Positions 41,585-47,780 of a DNA stretch of 47,780 bases are shown in pieces; within the stretch, counting starts at the first letter, position 1, and every line of letters starts with the position of its first letter. Under the pieces are notes generated by a model. It was not told the DNA's origin and made no database searches. It was given only the letters and a program-made list of their open reading frames with translations. Source of the stretch: an uncultured Gammaproteobacteria bacterium (lineage in GTDB: Bacteria; Pseudomonadota; Gammaproteobacteria; GCA-002705445; GCA-002716945); NCBI GenBank assembly GCA_913041905.1, contig CAJWJQ010000003.1, forward strand, positions 1 to 47,780. Direction: 5' to 3'. The translations under genes and the position numbers were made by a program.

Positions 41585-42849
41585 ACATAAAAGTTTGTAC
41601 GGAAACTTTTAATCTTAATAATCCAGCATCTATGGAAACATATATAAGTCTAGGTGGTTATGGGGCATGGAAAAAAATAGTAGAAAGAAAATCATCTAAG
41701 ATAGAAATAATAAATAAAATTAAAGAATCAGGATTAAGAGGTAAAGGCGGAGCAGGTTTTTTAACAGGACTAAAGTGGTCATTTATACCGCAACAAGCAA
41801 AACAAAAATATTTAGTATGCAACTCAGATGAAAGCGAGCCTGGAACTTGCAAAGATAGGGATATTTTAAGATATAACCCACATGCAATTATTGAAGGAAT
41901 GTTAATAGCCTCTTATGCAATTGGAGCTTCAGTAGCTTATAATTATCTTCGCGGTGAGTTTTTAGATGAACAATGGAAGGTTTTCAATAATGCGTTAGAA
42001 GAAGCGTATAAAAATAATTTTATAGGTAAAAATATATTATCTACTAATATTTGCATAGAAATTTATTCTTTAATTGGAGCAGGTGCATATATTGTTGGAG
42101 AAGAAACCGCAATGCTTGAATCTATTGAAGGAAAGAGGGGAATGCCTAGAATTAAACCTCCATTTCCAGCAATAAAAGGACTGTTTGGAAAACCAACCAT
42201 AATTAATAATACAGAGACTTTAGCTAGCATTCCTAAAATTATGGTAAATAACGAAGATTGGTATAAAGATATTGGTATAGGAAGCTCTGAAGGAATTAAG
42301 ATTTTTTCCATGAGCGGACACATAAATAAACCAAATAATTATGAAATACCTTTAGGCACGCCGTTTTCAGAATTATTAAAACTGTCTGGTGGAGTATTAA
42401 ATGGAAATAAATTAAAAGCAGTTATCCCAGGAGGTTCCTCTGTGCCTGTAATTAAGGGAGAAGATATGATGATGACAACAATGGATTATCCATCGATTGC
42501 AAGAGCTGGATCAATGTTAGGGTCTGGTGGAGTTATTGTTATGGATGAAACCACTTGCATGGTTTCAGTTCTTCATCGCATTTCAAGATTTTATTATTCC
42601 GAATCATGTGGACAATGCACACCATGTAGAGAAGGAACTGGTTGGCTACATAAGATTTTATCAAATATATTAAATGGAAAGGGAACATTAAACAATCTTG
42701 ATCAGCTTAATAAAATTGCAAATCAAATCGAAGGACATTGTATTTGCGCATTGGGAGATGCAGCAGCTATGCCTGTTAGAAGTTTTTTAAAACATTTTTG
42801 GCATGAATTTGAATATTATGTAGAAAAAAAAGAGTCTATGGTTTCCTAA
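41581..42849 (+). CDS. nuoF: NADH-quinone oxidoreductase subunit F
   Basis: SGLRGKGGAGF, NSDESEPGT, ESCGQCTPCREG. Confidence 0.96.
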   Translation: MNIKVCTETFNLNNPASMETYISLGGYGAWKKIVERKSSKIEIINKIKESGLRGKGGAGFLTGLKWSFIPQQAKQKYLVCNSDESEPGTCKDRDILRYNPHAIIEGMLIASYAIGASVAYNYLRGEFLDEQWKVFNNALEEAYKNNFIGKNILSTNICIEIYSLIGAGAYIVGEETAMLESIEGKRGMPRIKPPFPAIKGLFGKPTIINNTETLASIPKIMVNNEDWYKDIGIGSSEGIKIFSMSGHINKPNNYEIPLGTPFSELLKLSGGVLNGNKLKAVIPGGSSVPVIKGEDMMMTTMDYPSIARAGSMLGSGGVIVMDETTCMVSVLHRISRFYYSESCGQCTPCREGTGWLHKILSNILNGKGTLNNLDQLNKIANQIEGHCICALGDAAAMPVRSFLKHFWHEFEYYVEKKESMVS

Positions 42850-42850
42850 T

Positions 42851-45109
42851 ATGAAAGTTTTTATTAATAACAAAGAGTATAAAGCGCGAGAAAATGAGAC
42901 AATTATTGAACTTGCAGATAGAAATGGAATTAAGATTCCAAGATTTTGTTATCATAAGCATTTATCAGTTGTTGCTAGTTGTCGGATGTGCTTAGTTGAA
43001 ATTGAAAATATAAAATATGCACAGCCAGCATGCTCTACACTAGTACAAGAAAATATGAAAATATTTACTCATTCTAATAAAACTAAAAATGCTCAAAAAA
43101 ACACAATGGAATTTTTATTAATAAATCATCCGCTAGATTGCCCTATTTGCGATCAAGGTGGAGAATGTGAGTTACAAGATGTCTCTATACAGCATGGAGA
43201 AGGGCACTCAAATTATTTAGAATTTAAAAGAGTTGTTGTTGACAAAGATGTTGGTCCCTTAATTTCAACAGAGATGACTAGATGCATACATTGCTCAAGA
43301 TGTGTAAGATTTGGCGAAGAAGTCTCAAATAATAAAGAGCTGGGCTTAGTAAGTCGTGGCGAACATATGGAAATTAGAGCTTTTATAGAAGAGGGAATAT
43401 CTTCAGAACTATCAGGCAATATGATTGATTTGTGTCCTGTGGGAGCTCTAAATAATAAACCATATAGATATAGAGCTAGAACATGGGATCTGCAACAACA
43501 TAGTGCTATTTCCCCACATGATTGTATAGGTTCTAATATTTATTATCATACTTACAACAATGAGATAGTTAGAGCAGTCCCTAAAGAAAACCATAATATT
43601 AATCAGACTTGGTTATCAGATAGAGATAGATTTGGGTATGAAGGTATTTACTCAGAAGATAGGGCTATAAAACCTATGATTCGTAACAATAAGAAGCTTG
43701 TAGAGTGTGAAAAAGAAATATTGTTAAATAAAACAAATGAAATAATAAAATCAACCATTAATGATTTTGGGTTAGATCAGATTGGGTGCTTAATCTCTGC
43801 GCAATCTACAAGTGAAGAATTATTTTTATTCCAACATTTATTTAAACACATGAATATCCAAAATATTGACCATAGAACAAACGAGAGTGATTTTAATTAT
43901 CAAGAAAATTATCCATTAATGCCATCGCTAGGTTGCAATATAAATGACTTAGATAAATTTGATAATATATTATTAGTTGGCGTAAATATAAAAACAGAAT
44001 TCCCTATTCTAACAATTAGATTTAACGAGGCATCTAAAAAGAATACAAAGATATTTTCTATTCATTTCGATTCGTTAGACGAAGATTTTAAGCTGGCTGG
44101 AAAAATTGTTTTAAACAACAGTGATTTAAGTAAGTTTTTTGATAAAAATAAACCCACAATCAATACTAATAATAAAACATTAATAATTATTGGTCCAAAT
44201 ATAAATTATCTTGTGAATCAATCTCAAATTTTAGATTCAATTACAAAATATTCAAAATCCATTAACGCTCAACAGGGATATTTAACAGATTTCTGCAACT
44301 CAACATCTGCTTGGTTATTTGGAAATATACCGCATAGAAATTTTGGCGGTCAAACAGCCAACAAACCAGGACTAAACATATATGATATGATTAAATCTAG
44401 TTTATCTACATATGTGTTCTTTAACTTAGAGCCTGAACACGATTTTTGGAATACATCAGCGGTTACTGAAGCATTAAATAAATCTAAATATAATATTTTT
44501 TTTACATCTTATATTACACCGTTAATTGAAAGATATGCAGATGTAATAATACCAATTTCAACATTTGCAGAAACAGATGGTAGCTTCATTAATATAGAAG
44601 GAACATATCAAACTTATAATAAAATCGTTAATCCGAACAAAAATATTTTTGAGGGTTGGTCAATATTAAATAGTCTTATAAAAATGAATAATCTAGGAGA
44701 TTATAATATTTCTTCTATCCGAAGTTTTCTTTTAAAATCATTGCAGAACATAGATTTCAACTATTCAAAAAATAAAAAACTTAAAAATATTAATTCTAAA
44801 GCCATAACAAATAATTATATATATAAGAATACCCTTCGACATATTTATGCTTCAGATCAAATTGTGCGTAGATCAAAATCATTAAACTCAACAGAGCAGT
44901 CACATAACAAGTTTATTTATATTTCATCAGATTTAGGTAAAATTCTTAACAACAAAGATACTTTAGAAATTAGAGAAAATAATAAAAATTATAAAATAAA
45001 AAATTTTATTATAAAAAAAGAATTACCAATCAATACAATTGTGTATACTTCTAGTTTTAATAATACACTCAACGAATCTAAATCAGATCGCATAACTATA
45101 AAATCATGA
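42851..45109 (+). CDS. nuoG: NADH-quinone oxidoreductase subunit G
   Basis: [41 protein letters not shown]. Confidence 0.96.
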   Translation: MKVFINNKEYKARENETIIELADRNGIKIPRFCYHKHLSVVASCRMCLVEIENIKYAQPACSTLVQENMKIFTHSNKTKNAQKNTMEFLLINHPLDCPICDQGGECELQDVSIQHGEGHSNYLEFKRVVVDKDVGPLISTEMTRCIHCSRCVRFGEEVSNNKELGLVSRGEHMEIRAFIEEGISSELSGNMIDLCPVGALNNKPYRYRARTWDLQQHSAISPHDCIGSNIYYHTYNNEIVRAVPKENHNINQTWLSDRDRFGYEGIYSEDRAIKPMIRNNKKLVECEKEILLNKTNEIIKSTINDFGLDQIGCLISAQSTSEELFLFQHLFKHMNIQNIDHRTNESDFNYQENYPLMPSLGCNINDLDKFDNILLVGVNIKTEFPILTIRFNEASKKNTKIFSIHFDSLDEDFKLAGKIVLNNSDLSKFFDKNKPTINTNNKTLIIIGPNINYLVNQSQILDSITKYSKSINAQQGYLTDFCNSTSAWLFGNIPHRNFGGQTANKPGLNIYDMIKSSLSTYVFFNLEPEHDFWNTSAVTEALNKSKYNIFFTSYITPLIERYADVIIPISTFAETDGSFINIEGTYQTYNKIVNPNKNIFEGWSILNSLIKMNNLGDYNISSIRSFLLKSLQNIDFNYSKNKKLKNINSKAITNNYIYKNTLRHIYASDQIVRRSKSLNSTEQSHNKFIYISSDLGKILNNKDTLEIRENNKNYKIKNFIIKKELPINTIVYTSSFNNTLNESKSDRITIKS

Positions 45110-46128
45110 ATATTATTTTTATTATACTTAATTCATTAATAGACATTCTTTTGGTTGTAGTACCATTATTTTTAATAGTTGCATACACAACATACTCAGA
45201 AAGAAAAATTATTGGTTTTATGCAATCTAGAATGGGGCCAACAAGGGTTGGACCTTATGGGATGTTACAGCCGATAGCAGATGTAATTAAATTATTAACT
45301 AAAGAAATCATTATTCCATCAAATGCAAACAAAGGTTTATTTTTAACAGCGCCAATGATTATGTTGGTACCATCATTATTGGTATGGTCGGTTATTCCAT
45401 TGTCTGAATATTTTGTAATTGCCAATATCAATGCAGGATTACTTTTTATATTAGCCTTAACTTCGTTAAGTGTTTATGGTGTAATTTTAGCAGGATGGGC
45501 TTCTAATTCTAAATATGCATTTTTGGGTTCCATGAGGTCTGCCGCTCAAATCATAGCTTATGAAATTGCAATGGGTTTTGCTTTAGTAGGAGTACTCATG
45601 GCTGCCGGTAGTCTTAATCTGCAGGAAATTATTATTTCCCAAAAAGGAGGGATTGTTAATTGGTATTGGCTACCGTTATTTCCACTATTTATTATTTATT
45701 TAATATCAGGAATAGCAGAAACAAATAGAGCTCCATTTGATGTTTCTGAAGGAGAATCTGAAATTGTTGCCGGCTTTCATGTTGAATATTCTGGAATTAC
45801 TTTTGCTATGTTTTTCTTAGCAGAATACATGAACCTTATTCTTATAAGTATATTGGTAAGCATAATGTTTTTTGGTGGCTGGTTATCACCATTTGAGTCA
45901 ACTTTTCTAGAACATTATTTTAATTGGATGCCTGGTTTTATTTGGTTATCTATAAAAACATTATTTTTTATTTTTTTATTTTTATGGTTAAGAGCTACTT
46001 TACCAAGATATAGATATGATCAAATAATGAGATTAGGTTGGAAAGTATTTTTACCAATTACTTTAGTATGGATTTTTTTAGAAGGCTTTATGATATATTA
46101 CAAAATTCAACCATGGTTCTCAGGATGA
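45106..46128 (+). CDS. nuoH: NADH-quinone oxidoreductase subunit H
   Basis: [30 protein letters not shown]. Confidence 0.97.
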   Translation: MNIIFIILNSLIDILLVVVPLFLIVAYTTYSERKIIGFMQSRMGPTRVGPYGMLQPIADVIKLLTKEIIIPSNANKGLFLTAPMIMLVPSLLVWSVIPLSEYFVIANINAGLLFILALTSLSVYGVILAGWASNSKYAFLGSMRSAAQIIAYEIAMGFALVGVLMAAGSLNLQEIIISQKGGIVNWYWLPLFPLFIIYLISGIAETNRAPFDVSEGESEIVAGFHVEYSGITFAMFFLAEYMNLILISILVSIMFFGGWLSPFESTFLEHYFNWMPGFIWLSIKTLFFIFLFLWLRATLPRYRYDQIMRLGWKVFLPITLVWIFLEGFMIYYKIQPWFSG

Positions 46129-46607
46129 TAAATAAAATTTCAACAATATTTAAAAGTTTCTTTCTTCTAGAAATATTGAAAGGACTATCAATCACAGGTA
46201 AAAAACTTTTTAAAAAACCTATTACAGTTCAATATCCAGATGAAAAAACACCTCAATCAGCTAGATTTAGAGGATTACATGCATTAAGACGCTATCCAAA
46301 TGGCGAGGAAAGATGTATTGGATGTAAATTATGCGAAGCTGTTTGCCCAGCATTGGCAATATCAATAGATACAGAAATGAGAACAGATGGAACAAGAAGA
46401 ACTACAAAATATGACATAGATTTATTTAAATGTGTTTACTGTGGCTTCTGCGAGGAAGCGTGTCCTGTAGACGCTATAGTTGAAACTAAAATTTTTGAAT
46501 TCCATTTTGAAAATAGAAATGAAAAAATTGTTCATAAGCTTGATCTCCTTAAAATTGGGGATATTTATGAACAAGAAGAACTTAAAGATAGAAAAAATCT
46601 AGGATAA
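46125..46607 (+). CDS. nuoI: NADH-quinone oxidoreductase subunit I
   Basis: Two CxxCxxCxxxCP motifs; ATG at 46125 overlaps the nuoH stop. Confidence 0.96.
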   Translation: MINKISTIFKSFFLLEILKGLSITGKKLFKKPITVQYPDEKTPQSARFRGLHALRRYPNGEERCIGCKLCEAVCPALAISIDTEMRTDGTRRTTKYDIDLFKCVYCGFCEEACPVDAIVETKIFEFHFENRNEKIVHKLDLLKIGDIYEQEELKDRKNLG

Positions 46608-46611
46608 GAAA

Positions 46612-47211
46612 ATGAATGCAGAACTTATAATATTTTATCTATTTTCTATCTTTTTAATCATTTCTTCAATGCGTGTGGTTATAAGTAATAATCCAGTTAA
46701 GTCTGCTATATATTTAGTTTCCTCTTTTTTCTGTTCAGCCGTATTGTGGCTGCTATTAGGCGCAGAATTTTTATCCGTCATTCTTATATTAGTATATGTT
46801 GGGGCAGTTATGGTTTTATTTCTTTTTGTTGTGATGATGCTTGATATAAATTTATCAGAGGCTACAGGCGGGTTTGTTAAATATTTAAATGAAGGCATAT
46901 TTGTTTTTATAATTATGTCTGCCTTATTAATTTTATTTTTTCAAAATCAGTTTGCAGATACAGATAAAAATATTATTACAGAAATAAATATAATAAGTGA
47001 TAGCAATACTAAAAATCTAGGATATATTTTGTATACAGAATATATATTGGCGTTTGAAATAGCTGCTGTTATTTTATTATTAGGTATTATTTCTGCAATA
47101 ACTTTAACCCATAAAAAGAAATCAGATAATAAATTCCAAGACCCTGATATACAGGTTAATGTTAAAAAAGAAGATAGAGTATTTATAGTAAAAGACGAGG
47201 ATTTAAAATGA
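46612..47211 (+). CDS. nuoJ: NADH-quinone oxidoreductase subunit J
   Basis: [27 protein letters not shown]. Confidence 0.95.
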   Translation: MNAELIIFYLFSIFLIISSMRVVISNNPVKSAIYLVSSFFCSAVLWLLLGAEFLSVILILVYVGAVMVLFLFVVMMLDINLSEATGGFVKYLNEGIFVFIIMSALLILFFQNQFADTDKNIITEINIISDSNTKNLGYILYTEYILAFEIAAVILLLGIISAITLTHKKKSDNKFQDPDIQVNVKKEDRVFIVKDEDLK

Positions 47212-47513
47212 TACCTATGTCACATTATTTATTCCTTAGTTCAATACTTTTTAGTATTTCCTTGGCAGGTATTTTTTTGAATAGAAAAAATATATTAATC
47301 ATGCTTATGTCTCTGGAGTTAATGTTTTTATCTATAAATTTTAATTTTATAATTTTTGGTAATTACCTCGGTGATTTAACAGGTCAAATATTTGTTTTTT
47401 TTATTCTTACTGTAATAGCGGCGGAATCAGCTATTGGACTAGCTATAATTGTCGTGCTTTATAGGAATAGACACAGTATCAACGTAGACGATATAGGAAA
47501 TTTAAAAGGATGA
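47208..47513 (+). CDS. nuoK: NADH-quinone oxidoreductase subunit K
   Basis: [21 protein letters not shown]. Confidence 0.96.
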   Translation: MIPMSHYLFLSSILFSISLAGIFLNRKNILIMLMSLELMFLSINFNFIIFGNYLGDLTGQIFVFFILTVIAAESAIGLAIIVVLYRNRHSINVDDIGNLKG

Positions 47514-47780
47514 TGTACTTTTTGATTACTATAATTATCTTTTCCCCTCTTCTTGGGTCATTAATTCTTTTATTTAAAAATGATAAAAGTAACTTAAGCA
47601 CTGCCATAATTGGTAATATTTCAATAGGGATATCAATGATATTATCTTTGTTTTTATTAATATCTTATTTATTTGACCCTACACCCATTGAAAATTTTAC
47701 TCTTTTTAAATGGTTTTCTTCTAATAAATTTACATTTGAATTTGGATTACTTGTAGATAGTTTATCTGTAGTAATGTCCT
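47510..47780 (+). CDS. nuoL: NADH-quinone oxidoreductase subunit L (3' end outside window)
   Basis: Open frame [17 protein letters not shown]...FKW...[12 protein letters not shown] directly after nuoK. Confidence 0.9.
   Translation, partial: MMYFLITIIIFSPLLGSLILLFKNDKSNLSTAIIGNISIGISMILSLFLLISYLFDPTPIENFTLFKWFSSNKFTFEFGLLVDSLSVVMS

Noticed and set aside
44100-45109. Very AT-rich, divergent NuoG C-terminus as a possible pseudogene
   Set aside because: The frame is intact, the length is normal and this region is variable in NuoG generally.

Overview
AT-rich (roughly 30% GC by eye), very compact core-genome segment with many 0-10 nt gaps and ATGA-type overlaps. Gene order and separate nuoC/nuoD suggest a streamlined Gammaproteobacterium; a marine oligotroph is plausible but is inference only. 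Contents in order: argD(partial)-argF; the minus-strand cluster mlaA-yrbG-kdsD-kdsC-lptC-lptB-rpoN-ptsN-rapZ-EIIA(Man)-HPr-EI; mlaC; an MMPL/RND transporter; murA-hisG-DAHP synthase-hisD; degS; petABC-sspA; gmhA/diaA; rsmI; carAB; a DAACS symporter; tpx; rlmE-ftsH-[phage-like exonuclease]-folP-glmM-tpiA-secG-tRNA-Leu(GAG); nuoA-K and partial nuoL. No CRISPR array, integrase or IS was seen. The unusual signals sit inside housekeeping loci. (1) GlmM has three in-frame inserts, one encoding 11 aa identical to a CarB signature, with only synonymous DNA differences. (2) A phage/MGME1-like PD-(D/E)XK exonuclease is inserted two genes upstream of glmM and is coupled to folP. (3) lptA is missing and LptC ends in an LptA-like tail, an apparent LptC-LptA fusion. 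(4) mlaFEDB is replaced in place by a cysteine-less MlaA, MlaC and an MMPL transporter. (5) carA has a promoter-terminator leader resembling an attenuator. All homology calls come from recognising motifs by eye; no searches were run.
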